Assembly: GCA_041690135.1 (NCBI GenBank)
Contig: JAWLHY010000004.1
Location: 128,001 to 192,000 of the forward strand
Origin: Armatimonadota bacterium
GTDB lineage: Bacteria > Armatimonadota > SYMT01
Direction of reading: 5' to 3'
DNA length: 64,000 nucleotides
The notes under the pieces were generated by a model. The model had not been told where the DNA came from. It made no database searches and saw only the letters and a program-made list of their open reading frames with translations. Both the position numbers and the translations under genes were made by a program. Shown in pieces: positions 48,997 through 58,841 of the stretch. The first letter of the stretch is position 1. Every line of letters starts with the position of its first letter.

Positions 48997-49608
48997 TTAT
49001 CTGAATTGCCGGATGCTGAGGATGACCTTGCCCAGGATCTGCACGTTATCCGTCTCGATCGGATCGTAGGCCGGGTTCTCGGCGACCAGCTTAACCTTGC
49101 GCCCGTCCTTGTAGAACCGCTTGACGGTGGCTTCTTCTTCGATCATGGCGGCCACGATCTCGCCGTTGTGAGCCACGTGCTGCTGCCGAATCGCCACTAG
49201 GTCCCCGTCGAAGATGCCGGCGTTGATCATACTGTCGCCCTTGACGCGCAGCATGAAGACCTCGTCGCCTTCGCGGACCAGGTCCATCGGCAGGGGGAAG
49301 GTATCCTCGATGTGCTCCTCGGCCATAATCGGCGCGCCCGCGGCGATTTGCCCCACGATCGGCACGTTGACGGCGCGGATGAACGGCGGAATCAGCGAGT
49401 CGGTCAACTCGATCGATCGGTACTTGTAGCGGTCCCGCTTGATGAAGCCCTTCTTTTCGAGGGCATCCAGGTGGCGCTGCACGGTACAGCTCGACTGCAC
49501 CCCGATCTCCAGGCCAATCTCACGAACCGTCGGTGGCTGTCCTCGCTCCCGCATTGCGTTCCGGATCACGTCCAGAACCCGCTGCTGCTTGCTGGTCAAT
49601 CCCTTCAT
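48997..49608 (-). CDS. lexA: LexA repressor
   Basis: PPTVREIG HTH region, Ala-Gly cleavage site IAAG, GDSM catalytic Ser and TVKR catalytic Lys. Confidence 0.96.
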   Translation of the reverse strand: MKGLTSKQQRVLDVIRNAMRERGQPPTVREIGLEIGVQSSCTVQRHLDALEKKGFIKRDRYKYRSIELTDSLIPPFIRAVNVPIVGQIAAGAPIMAEEHIEDTFPLPMDLVREGDEVFMLRVKGDSMINAGIFDGDLVAIRQQHVAHNGEIVAAMIEEEATVKRFYKDGRKVKLVAENPAYDPIETDNVQILGKVILSIRQFR

Positions 49609-49628
49609 TTCAAGCTCCTCTCTCGCGG

Positions 49629-49668
49629 AGTATAACACGAACAGATGTTGGCAGCAAACAGAAGTTCC
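49629..49668 (-). promoter_or_regulatory. lexA promoter with two GAAC-N4-GTTC-type SOS boxes
   Basis: CGAAC-AGAT-GTTGG (49638-49651) and CAAAC-AGAA-GTTCC (49655-49668) lie next to an extended -10 TGtTATACT. Confidence 0.7.
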
Positions 49669-49703
49669 AGGTTTCTGGATAAGCAAACCGAGAATCTACA
49701 GAG

Positions 49704-50615
49704 TCAGTACCGAACGCCCGCCGGCTCGTCTTCCTCCTTCCACCCCATCACCGAGGTATCGTGCAGCCAGAAGAGGGTGCTTTGCCCCTTTTCCTGGGCG
49801 TCGCAGGCGTCCTGCACCACGAGGGGGCGGACCTGGTCGATTAGCCGCGATTCCTCTTCTTCGGTGAGCGGTTGGAAGTCCGCCGCGATTCCGGCGATCT
49901 GGCTGATCTGCGTCTCGCTGTCCATTCCCACAATCGCCAGGGAGACGCCGGGAAGTCCCAGCGAGTAGCGTAAGGCAAGGTCCACGTCCGGGAAGGCGCC
50001 GTGCCCCAAGACCTTCATGGCGATGACTCCCGCGTTCCGCTCCACGGCTTTGGGGAGGAAGAAGGTGTCCGGCGCGGTCACCAGGCGGTCCGCCATGCCC
50101 AGCGCCACCAGCACGGTATCGAACGGGTACCGCTCCAGAGCGTGGGCCAGGATCTCCGGGCGCGCGTGGCCGGTGATGCCGATGAAACGCACCAGGCCCT
50201 GGTCCCGCGCTTCCTCCAGGCCCGCCACCGCGCCATCGGGCGCCAAAGCCTGCTCCAGGTCGGCAAAGGCGTTGCAGGCGTGGACCTGAATCAGGTCCAC
50301 GTGGTCCGTCTGCAAGCGCCGGAGCGACTCCTTTAACTCGTCGATCACGCTCTCCTTGCGCCGGCAGTTGACCTTGGTCGCCAGGAACACCTCGTCCCGG
50401 CGGGTCTTCATCACCTCCCCCACCTTCGGCTCGCTACCGTAATCCGGCGAAGTGTCCAGGTAGGTGATCCCCAGGTCAATGGCGTGGTTGAGGCACCGGA
50501 CCGCATGGTCCAGCGAGACTTTGTCCTTGCCCAGCGGCGCCGTTCCGTACCCGACAAGGGGAACCATGACCCCCGTGTTGCCCAACGCCCGCTGCGGTGA
50601 AAGAACTGGCGGCAT
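49704..50615 (-). CDS. Aldo/keto reductase
   Basis: GITYLDTSPDYG, FLATK, SLRRLQTDHVDL, IGITGH and IAMK. Confidence 0.92.
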   Translation of the reverse strand: MPPVLSPQRALGNTGVMVPLVGYGTAPLGKDKVSLDHAVRCLNHAIDLGITYLDTSPDYGSEPKVGEVMKTRRDEVFLATKVNCRRKESVIDELKESLRRLQTDHVDLIQVHACNAFADLEQALAPDGAVAGLEEARDQGLVRFIGITGHARPEILAHALERYPFDTVLVALGMADRLVTAPDTFFLPKAVERNAGVIAMKVLGHGAFPDVDLALRYSLGLPGVSLAIVGMDSETQISQIAGIAADFQPLTEEEESRLIDQVRPLVVQDACDAQEKGQSTLFWLHDTSVMGWKEEDEPAGVRY

Positions 50616-50847
50616 ACGTCCTCCCCGGCTGCGCCCCGGCGGTCCCCCACCCGGTCCCCGCCCGGCAGCCTTCCCGGCCAGTTATTGTCAGCGCCCCGCG
50701 CGGGCCAAACGACGATACGGGGGAGCCACAGATTTCACAGATTGGTGACTGATGATGAACCGGTGGAATCCACAGATGACGCAGATCGCGCAGATTGGGA
50801 ATGGAAGATGGCCCTGTTGAGGGCATCTTGTAGGAGGCTTCTCCCGT

Positions 50848-50941
50848 TGCGTTCAGCGTAAACGGGCGAATCCCGGGCAATGAACTCTACAATCCCACGC
50901 AAATCCTCTATCGCCGGTTCGTTCCAGATGACTGCAGCCAT
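50848..50941 (-). pseudogene. Truncated ParE/RelE-family toxin
   Basis: MAAVIWNEPAIEDLRGIVEFIARDSPVYAER is a typical ParE/RelE N-terminus; similarity is lost after about 31 codons. Confidence 0.7.
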
Positions 50942-51113
50942 TCACCCAGCTTCGCCTCCACCTCTTCCTGCGTGTAGTGCGGGCCCGCGTCGATTGCCTG
51001 GAGACCCTGCTCTATTTCCCCCGAACATAGAGGTGATATTGGATGTCTTCCAGGGAACAATCGTCCGGCAAAGCGCTAATGAGAGCGCTGGCGTCTTGCT
51101 TGGCGTGCGGCAT
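50908..51113 (-). pseudogene. Frameshifted antitoxin
   Basis: RBS GGAGG; MPHAKQDASALISALPDDCSLEDIQYHLYVRGK ends at TAG. Adding one A restores IEQGLQAIDAGPHYTQEEVEAKLGEWL, which overlaps the toxin start. Confidence 0.7.
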
Positions 51114-51591
51114 GTGGCCTCCGACATTGATGATGCATCAACGTGCTTGACCTATATTATTCCACCTCCTGGCGGGCTATGAACTCGGGACCGACCTTGT
51201 GCCCTATCCCGCCGGGTGATGGGGCCCGCGCTACGTGCCCACGTTGCGATTACCCCCCAGCATCACTACTGTGGCGGCCTAACGGACACACTTGCACAGA
51301 GTACGGGCTCCTGGTAACCACCCGCCCCCCTCGGGGGGGTAAACCTACGTCCAAGTTGCCCTGCCGGGCTCTCGGATATCCGGAACTTGCCTTTTAATCC
51401 GAGATGCCCCAACGCCCCCTACGGAAGCAACTACACCCCTACGACTAACCATGAAAACCGCCCGATTCCCGTGAGCCCCGTGGGGCGGCTCGAAGGTAGC
51501 CAGGCGGTTACCAGGGCGGCACGCCGAAAGCGACCTATCACTCGTTGGCACGGGTGCTTGTTTGAGCGTCGTACCCTATCCGGTCCTTCGT

Positions 51592-51689
51592 GCCGCCCAT
51601 CGCCTGGCGGGCCGTGCCCTTGAACTGTGACCGTCCTCTTGAGCGGCAAATCCGTTGCCTGCGCGCCGCCCATCGCCTGGCGGGCCGTG
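51592..51689. repeat. Two exact 25-bp direct repeats separated by 48 bp
   Basis: GCCGCCCATCGCCTGGCGGGCCGTG at 51592-51616 and 51665-51689. Confidence 0.8.
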
Positions 51690-51746
51690 TATACGAGCAA
51701 CAGCCGGCATGCCCCCATTCCCCTGATGGAAAACCAACATGGCTAC

Positions 51747-52049
51747 TCACTCCCAACCGGGGTCTCGCCGGGGCGCCATCACATAGTTCCCGCTCACGAC
51801 AGCCTTGGGACCCAGAAGCTGACCCATAAGCCACACCGTGCCAACCGGACAGGATAAGTGGTTATGCGTGGAGCTCCAGTACTCCATGATGCCGACCTCA
51901 TGACCGTCCCAGCGCGCCGCTAACTCGCGCAGTCGCGCCAGGGCAATGGGGTCTCCGGAGAGTATCCCGTCATTCCACCGGAGCGCGACGACGCGGCCTT
52001 CCAGGGTACCGGTCATCGTGAAGTCGTAGGTTTCTTCCATTTCCGACAT
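51747..52049 (-). CDS. Hypothetical protein
   Basis: 100-aa ORF with globular-looking composition; no family recognised. Confidence 0.45.
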   Translation of the reverse strand: MSEMEETYDFTMTGTLEGRVVALRWNDGILSGDPIALARLRELAARWDGHEVGIMEYWSSTHNHLSCPVGTVWLMGQLLGPKAVVSGNYVMAPRRDPGWE

Positions 52050-52247
52050 TCCATTCCGCCGATCTTGCTTTTCTGAGTCTCTTGACCGGTGCCCTGCCCT
52101 TCTGAGGCATAGAAAAGCCACGGCCGTGCGATTCCGGTGCGGCCGCGATCCTAATCCTTACCACATTCACGGTGAGGGTTTCGCCCTCTCCGTGTCGAAC
52201 CTATCCCTATGCCGCTGCCAGCCCCTGCGCCGAACCGAGGTCCAGTG

Positions 52248-55200
52248 ATGTACCGACGTCTTCTCCTACTTCTGCTCTGCCTCTTTACTCTCACGGCCGC
52301 CGCGCCCAATTGGGCACAGTCTCGCCGCAGCCGCGAGAAGACCCAGACGAGCCGGAAGAAGTCCCCCGACCGCTCGACGTCCAAGCGCTCCACGTCAAAG
52401 GAGTCCGTGTCGAAGCGGACGTCGCGGACTGGCAAGTCGGAGAAGACGACCCGAACCACGGCGAAGAAGTCGGACAAGAAGCCGGAGAAAGCTGCCGCAA
52501 AGAACACCGGCAAGGCGTCTCCCAAAGCCACCGCGGCGAAGAAGCCCGAGGCCCCGGCGAAGAAGACTGCGGCCACCGATAAGCCCGCCCCAGCCAAGGC
52601 GGCCGCGACACCCGCGGCACCTGCCACCGCCGCGGCGCCGAAGACCGGCGGTGAGCCGTCGCCCGCGACCGGAAACCCGCTCGCGGACGGCGACCGCTGG
52701 TACGGCGAGCAGAGCTGGGCCGCCGCGCTGAAGGCCTACCGGCAGGCGGTGAACCGGAAGCTCGTTCCGGCCGAGCGGCGGGCGCTGGTCGATTACCGCA
52801 TCGCGCGTTGCTACGGGCTCACGAAGGACTGGAGCCAGGCGACGAACGAGCCGTACGCGGTCGCCACGCGGTATCCGAACACCGTGTGGGACGCCCGCAT
52901 GCGCGCCTGGTTGATGCGCGTCTACCTCTCGGCGCCGCACACCGGCTGGAAGGTGGGGGAGCGCTACTTCCGCGGCGAAGAGATGCCGGAGGTCTCCGGC
53001 GATGCCCGGGCCGAGCGCGTCAGCCTGCATGAGGATGACATGCGCAAGGCGGTCCTCTACGGGGAACAGGCCAAAGCGCTTTATGAGAAGCTGCGCAAGG
53101 ACCTCCCCGACACCACCGAAGAGGCGGACCACGCCGCGGATCTCGCCCGCACCGTGGCCACGATCCAGCTTCCGGACTGGGCCTGGGAGCAGAAGTGGAA
53201 GGGACCGCAGGACCCGTCCTGGACGCCCGAGCCCGAGGCGGACCTCGACCCGACATGGGCGCCGCCGCGCAAGGTGCTGCAACTCTTCCTGGCGGCGGAG
53301 CGCCTCGGGGGTGAGAAACAGAAGCCGCTGGCCCGGCTGGCCCAGGCGACCTGGCTGCGGGGTTACCACCAGTTAATGGCGCGTGTCGCCGTGAAGCACC
53401 CGTTAATGGCGCGTGTCGCCGTGAAGCACCCGCCGATGGGGCCGCCGGAGCCGATCCCGTACCCGTACCAGGAGCGGGATGCGGTCTTCGCCCTGCGGAG
53501 TATGATCCAGGACTACCCCGCCCACCCGGAAGCGGAGCATGCCCGCCTGATGGTCGGCGACTGGCTGAACCAGGACGGTCAATACGCGGCGGCGCTCGCC
53601 GTCTATCGCGGGCTGCTGGTCGATAAGCCCGAGAGCCCCTGGGCGCCGCACGCGAAGACCGCCTCGGACGAGATCACCCGTAAGGCGCTGGTGATCGAGA
53701 GTCCCGCGCCACAGGCTCCGGGCAGCCGGGCGCGCCTGGAGCTCTCCGCGCGGAATATCCCGGTCCTCAAGTTCACAGCCCAGCGCGTGAAGCTGGAAGA
53801 GGCGGTGAAGGACGCGAAGGTCCTGATGCGGACGCGGAACGGCTTCGAGGAGCTGTTCGCGCGGATCGGCAAGGTCGCCGGCCTCAAGAAATACCTCCAT
53901 GCGGAGGAGCCGGTCACGTGGGAAGCGTCGCTTGCCGCTTCCGAGCCGGGCCAGCCCGCGCCCGCGGAGTTCGCCCCCCTCCGCCGGACGGTATCCACGC
54001 CCCTCACGAAGAACGGCGCCTACCTGGTGCAGGCGGACGGCGGCCCCGTACGGCAGGCAGTCCTCCTCATCATCTCCGACCTGGCCGTGATCCAGATCGT
54101 CGACGACCGGCGCGCCCACGCTATGGTGGTGAATGCCGCCACCGGCGCTCCCGTGAAGGAGGCCTCCGCCCTGATCCGGGAGTTGTATGAAGACGCCAAG
54201 GATAAGGAAGCGATCTCCGCCGCCACGGTGACCACGGATGCGGATGGGGTGGGGGAGAAAGCGCTCTCGCCGGCCCGCAAACGCACGGAAGGGGTGGCGG
54301 TCTTCGCCTGGAAGGACGATCGCTACGCCTTCACCCCCAGCGCCGGTTACGGGGCGAGAGCGGAAGACGAAAGCGAGCACACCGCCCTCGTTTACACCGA
54401 CCGGCCCGTCTACCGGCCGGGGCAAAGCGTCTACTACCGGGCGCTCCTCGCGCAACGCAAACCGGACCAAGCCTGGAAGCCCCTTGCCGGCCTCAAGGCC
54501 GTGATCCGTCTCTACAACGATCAGGACGCCGTAGTGGAGGAGCAAAAGGTTACGGCCAATCGCTTCGGCAGCGTCCACGGCCGGCTACGGTTGGGGCCGA
54601 GTGCCGGGTTGGGGCAGTATCGGCTTGCTGTCGCCTGGCCCCAGGATGAGGAGAGTGACCGCCCCGAAGCGCGGGTGGCCGTGGAGCGGAATAGCGGCAC
54701 CTTCTGGGTGGAGGAATACAAGAAGCCCGAGTTTCAGGTAACCGTCTCCCCGGCCATACCCGCCGGCACCTACCCCCGGCCCGGCGAACCGGTCGAGTTG
54801 AACGTCACCGCCCGGTATTACTTCGGCGCGCCTGTGGGGGGCGCGTCGGTGAGGTATCGTGTCGAGGCGGAGCAGACCTATCCGGTTTCACCTTTTGACG
54901 GCCGGCTGGGAGAGGAGGACCAGGCCTTCTATGCTTACTGGAGCATTGGCGATCCGGATGAAGCTCCCTATGACTTAACTCACGGCTCCATGGAGCTAGC
55001 GGCCGGCACGGCGGTGACCGACGCCCAGGGGAAGGCGGTCATTCGGTTCAAGCGACCGGTTCCAAAACCGGGAACCAAACCGATGCACCTCGCTTTCCAG
55101 GTGGTGGCCGAGGTTACGGATGCAAGCCGCCGCACCATCGAAGGGCGCGGCAAGGTGGTGGCCCCGGACACGCAGTTCGACGCGTTCCTCCGGCCACGGA

Positions 55201-58200
55201 AGGGGTTCTTTGCCACCGAGGAGCCGCTTGAAGCCGAAATCGCGACCCAGGACTTCGACTGCCGCCCCGTGTCGGCGACCGGGACGGTCGTGGTTCTCCG
55301 GCGTACGTTCGTCGACGGGAAGCCCAGTTTCAAAGAGGTCCACCGCGGCCCGGCTCGCACCGACGCCGCCGGGAAAGCCGTCTTTGCTTGGACTGCTCCG
55401 ATGGGGGGCTATTACGAACTCCGCTTCGAGAGTGCGGATGCCTGGGACCGCCGGGTAACCGGGATAACCGGCGTCTGGGTGGCCGGGGACAACGCGGGTG
55501 AGTCCGTGGACCCAGAGGAGGGGGTCGCTCTGGTCGCCCAAGCCGGGGAGTATCAGACCGGGCAACCGGCGCGGCTGCTCGCGGTCTCCCGTTCACCCGA
55601 GCAGCCGCTCTACCTCACACGGGAGGCCGGCAACCGCCTCGTGGAGAAGCGGTTCGTGCACGTATCGAGTCAGAGCCGCGTGCTGGAGGTGCCGCTGGCC
55701 ATCGGGGATGCCCCCGACATCCTTCTGGCCGTAACGGGAGTCCAGAGCCGCCGGATGTTCCGGCAGCACGTTAACCTTCAGGTCCGCCCACCCGACCACC
55801 AGCTTGATGTCCGGATCACCGCGGACCGGGAGAAATACAAACCGGGGGAGAAAGCCGTCTTCAAGGTCCGCGCACGGGATTCCCAGGGGCGCCCGGTGCG
55901 CGTCGAATGCAGCGTTGGGGTGAGCGACGCCTCGCTCCACTACATTGCGCAAGATGAGAGTGACTTCGGACGCGGCCTCTATTCCCCCGGCCGCGGCAGC
56001 GACCTCGGCGCCCACGACGGACTGAAATCGACGCTGGACGTGGTGACCGAGGACGACCAGCCGTCGCTCAAGTGGCCGGAACTGGCATGGAACTTCCCTG
56101 GCGGGCTGGGATCCGCGGTTTCCGGTGCGTTCAACTCCATCGACGCAGGAGCCTACATCGTCATCCAGGGGAGCACCCAGCCCCTGGCACCCGTGGCGTA
56201 CCGCAACCCATTCACCTCCAATTACGAAGGTTCGACTCTGGGCCTGGGACTGCCGGGGGCGCCCGGACCTGTAGGAATGGTGCCGACGGAAGCTGCAGTC
56301 GTACGGTCTCCCGTCGCCAAGGATGCAACTACGGGCCCACCACCAGAGTTCACCGATGGTACGCCACCCCCGCCGTCCATCCGGAGCAACTTCGCGGATA
56401 CCGCCTTCTGGAAGGCGGATGTGCTTACCGATGAGAACGGCGAGGCGACCGTCACCTTCACCTGGCCGGACAACCTGACCCGCTGGCGCGCCACCACCCG
56501 CGGCTGGACGGAGCAGGCCCAGGTGGGTGAAGGGTCGGCGGAAGTGGAGACGAGTAAGGAGTTGCTCGTCCGGCTCCAGGCGCCGCGCTTCTTCGTGGAG
56601 CGCGACGAGATCGTGCTTTCCGCCAACGTCCACAACTACACCAGCCAGGACCGCCGTGTGCGGGTGGCCCTGCAACTGGAGGGCGACACGCTCTACCCGA
56701 AGGACGCCAGCCCCTTCGGCCCGCCGCAGCCGCGCCAGTTCGAGGTTCCCCGCGCGGACCGCCCGCAGCCGGTGAAGCTGGATGGCGCCTCCGCCGGCCC
56801 GGGTTCATCCGCGGCCAGCGCGGCTTCCGGCAGCCCTTCCCAGGTGCGCTGGATCGACGTTCCCGCCCAGAGCGAGGCGCGGGTCGACTGGACCGTGCGC
56901 GCGGAGCGTCCCGGCGAGGCGAAGGTGCGCGTCCTCGCGGATGAGGGGGTTCTCTCGGATGCCGTCGAGCTGCGGTTCCCCACCTACGTCCACGGGGCCG
57001 AGAAGCTGGTGGTCCGCAACGGCGCGCTGCTGATGGGCGCGGGGGAGAAGCCCGGCAAGCGCGAGACGAAGCTCTCCTTCGACGTGCCGCTGGAACGGGT
57101 CCCGGACGCGGGCCAACTCGTAATCCAGGTGAGCCCCTCCCTGGCGGCGACGGTCCTCGACTCGCTGCCCTACCTGGTGGACTATCCCTACGGCTGCGTG
57201 GAACAGACCCTCAGCCGGTTCCTGCCCGCCGTCGTGTCGGCGAAGACCCTGAAGGACCTGGGGCTGGAGCTGGCGGACCTGCGCAAGCGGGCGGAAGCGG
57301 AGTACGAGCGACGGCGGACCGCGGCTCCCGCGCTGGTGGTGGCCGGCAGTCCCTACAGCTCGCCCGAGGCGATGGCCTCGGCACGGGGCGACCTGGAGCG
57401 GTCCCGCTGGCACGCCCAGCGCAATCCCGTCTACCAGCCAGCCGTGATGCGTGCCATCGTGCAGGAGGGCCTCAACCGGCTCAAGCAGTTCCAGAACGCG
57501 GACGGCGGTTGGGGCTGGTGGCAGGAAGACGGCAGCGACGAGCGGATGACCGCCTACGTCCTCCAGGGGCTCCTCACCGGGCAGGCCGCGGGGATGGCCG
57601 GCGTGGAAGTGCCTCCCGCCATCCTCGAGTCCGGAATGAATTACCTGGCCGCCCGGTTCGCGAAAGAGACGAACGGCCACGATCTGGCGCTGCTGGGCTG
57701 GGTGCTCACGCTGGATCGCAAGCGTGCCCCCGCCGTTGGCCAGGATCTCCTCAAGCGGGCCTACCCCTACCGCGACAACCTCACCGCCTACAGCCAGGCC
57801 CTCCTGGCGCTGGCGTTGAAGCAGGCGGGCCTGACCAAGGAAGCCATGATCTGCCTTGCCAACCTGGAGAACACCGCCGCCGTGGACCGCAAGGCCGGCA
57901 CCTGCTACTGGAAGCAGGACCGCGGCGCCGGTTGGCTCTGGTACAACAACGACGTCGAGACGGCGGCGATGTGTCTCCACGCCTACAACACCCTGAGCCC
58001 GAAGCACCGCCTCGCGCCGCTGGTGGTCCGCTGGCTGGCCAATAACCGCCGGGGCACCGCCTGGGACACCACGCGAGAAACGGCGATGGCGGTCCAGGCC
58101 CTCATCGAGTACGTGAAGGTCCACAAGGAGCTGCTGCCGGACTACCGCGTCACCGTGGCGGTCGCGGACGGACCGACTCGCACCTTCACCATCCAGCCGG

Positions 58201-58841
58201 AGAGCGCCCTCAGCGGCGACGTGCGCCTGGTGATCCCCGCCTCGCAGCTTGGCGCCGGGCCGCGTACGGTCACCCTCACCCGCGAGGGGATGGGCAACCT
58301 CTACTACACCGCTTCCCTCAATTACTTCACGCTGGAAGAGGGGATCCGGGGCACGCAGGGCGAGGTCCGGGTCGCCCGCCGCTACTTCCGCCTCACCCGC
58401 CCCGCCGAGAAGCCCGGCGACGGAGAGGAGAAGCCCGCCCTTACCACGGACGGCTACGTCCGGTCCGAGGTCCGGCCCGGCGAGCGCCTCACCAGCGGCG
58501 ACCTGCTGGAAGTGGAGCTGGTCCTCGAGAGCAAGAACAGCTACGAGTACCTGGTGCTGGAAGATATGAAGCCCGCCGGCTGCGAGCCGGTGGACCTGCG
58601 CAGCGGGACCCGGTACGGCGACGGCCTCTGCAGCAACATGGAGCTGCGGGACCAGAAGGTCGCCTTCTTCCTCACCCGCCTCCCGCAGGGCCGGCAACGG
58701 ATCAGCTACCGCCTGCGCGCCGAGGTTCCGGGCACCTTCCACACCCTGCCCGTCAGCGGCTACGCGATGTATGCCCCGGAGATCCGCTTCCTCTCCGACG
58801 AAACCATCCTCGGCATCGACGACCCGAAGGGGAAACCGTAA
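52248..58841 (+). CDS. Bacterial alpha-2-macroglobulin (thioester-containing)
   Basis: Signal peptide, YTDRPVYRPG (MG2), VEEYKKPEF, RSNFADTAFW, PDNLTRW, thioester YPYGCVEQ, QNADGGWGW and a C-terminal MYAPE. Confidence 0.93.
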   Translation: MYRRLLLLLLCLFTLTAAAPNWAQSRRSREKTQTSRKKSPDRSTSKRSTSKESVSKRTSRTGKSEKTTRTTAKKSDKKPEKAAAKNTGKASPKATAAKKPEAPAKKTAATDKPAPAKAAATPAAPATAAAPKTGGEPSPATGNPLADGDRWYGEQSWAAALKAYRQAVNRKLVPAERRALVDYRIARCYGLTKDWSQATNEPYAVATRYPNTVWDARMRAWLMRVYLSAPHTGWKVGERYFRGEEMPEVSGDARAERVSLHEDDMRKAVLYGEQAKALYEKLRKDLPDTTEEADHAADLARTVATIQLPDWAWEQKWKGPQDPSWTPEPEADLDPTWAPPRKVLQLFLAAERLGGEKQKPLARLAQATWLRGYHQLMARVAVKHPLMARVAVKHPPMGPPEPIPYPYQERDAVFALRSMIQDYPAHPEAEHARLMVGDWLNQDGQYAAALAVYRGLLVDKPESPWAPHAKTASDEITRKALVIESPAPQAPGSRARLELSARNIPVLKFTAQRVKLEEAVKDAKVLMRTRNGFEELFARIGKVAGLKKYLHAEEPVTWEASLAASEPGQPAPAEFAPLRRTVSTPLTKNGAYLVQADGGPVRQAVLLIISDLAVIQIVDDRRAHAMVVNAATGAPVKEASALIRELYEDAKDKEAISAATVTTDADGVGEKALSPARKRTEGVAVFAWKDDRYAFTPSAGYGARAEDESEHTALVYTDRPVYRPGQSVYYRALLAQRKPDQAWKPLAGLKAVIRLYNDQDAVVEEQKVTANRFGSVHGRLRLGPSAGLGQYRLAVAWPQDEESDRPEARVAVERNSGTFWVEEYKKPEFQVTVSPAIPAGTYPRPGEPVELNVTARYYFGAPVGGASVRYRVEAEQTYPVSPFDGRLGEEDQAFYAYWSIGDPDEAPYDLTHGSMELAAGTAVTDAQGKAVIRFKRPVPKPGTKPMHLAFQVVAEVTDASRRTIEGRGKVVAPDTQFDAFLRPRKGFFATEEPLEAEIATQDFDCRPVSATGTVVVLRRTFVDGKPSFKEVHRGPARTDAAGKAVFAWTAPMGGYYELRFESADAWDRRVTGITGVWVAGDNAGESVDPEEGVALVAQAGEYQTGQPARLLAVSRSPEQPLYLTREAGNRLVEKRFVHVSSQSRVLEVPLAIGDAPDILLAVTGVQSRRMFRQHVNLQVRPPDHQLDVRITADREKYKPGEKAVFKVRARDSQGRPVRVECSVGVSDASLHYIAQDESDFGRGLYSPGRGSDLGAHDGLKSTLDVVTEDDQPSLKWPELAWNFPGGLGSAVSGAFNSIDAGAYIVIQGSTQPLAPVAYRNPFTSNYEGSTLGLGLPGAPGPVGMVPTEAAVVRSPVAKDATTGPPPEFTDGTPPPPSIRSNFADTAFWKADVLTDENGEATVTFTWPDNLTRWRATTRGWTEQAQVGEGSAEVETSKELLVRLQAPRFFVERDEIVLSANVHNYTSQDRRVRVALQLEGDTLYPKDASPFGPPQPRQFEVPRADRPQPVKLDGASAGPGSSAASAASGSPSQVRWIDVPAQSEARVDWTVRAERPGEAKVRVLADEGVLSDAVELRFPTYVHGAEKLVVRNGALLMGAGEKPGKRETKLSFDVPLERVPDAGQLVIQVSPSLAATVLDSLPYLVDYPYGCVEQTLSRFLPAVVSAKTLKDLGLELADLRKRAEAEYERRRTAAPALVVAGSPYSSPEAMASARGDLERSRWHAQRNPVYQPAVMRAIVQEGLNRLKQFQNADGGWGWWQEDGSDERMTAYVLQGLLTGQAAGMAGVEVPPAILESGMNYLAARFAKETNGHDLALLGWVLTLDRKRAPAVGQDLLKRAYPYRDNLTAYSQALLALALKQAGLTKEAMICLANLENTAAVDRKAGTCYWKQDRGAGWLWYNNDVETAAMCLHAYNTLSPKHRLAPLVVRWLANNRRGTAWDTTRETAMAVQALIEYVKVHKELLPDYRVTVAVADGPTRTFTIQPESALSGDVRLVIPASQLGAGPRTVTLTREGMGNLYYTASLNYFTLEEGIRGTQGEVRVARRYFRLTRPAEKPGDGEEKPALTTDGYVRSEVRPGERLTSGDLLEVELVLESKNSYEYLVLEDMKPAGCEPVDLRSGTRYGDGLCSNMELRDQKVAFFLTRLPQGRQRISYRLRAEVPGTFHTLPVSGYAMYAPEIRFLSDETILGIDDPKGKP
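53372..53431 (+). repeat. Exact 30-bp in-frame tandem duplication in the alpha-2-macroglobulin gene
   Basis: GTTAATGGCGCGTGTCGCCGTGAAGCACCC x2, encoding LMARVAVKHP twice. Confidence 0.9.

Noticed and set aside
51592-51689. CRISPR array
   Set aside because: Only two repeats, with no leader or cas genes; kept only as a repeat.
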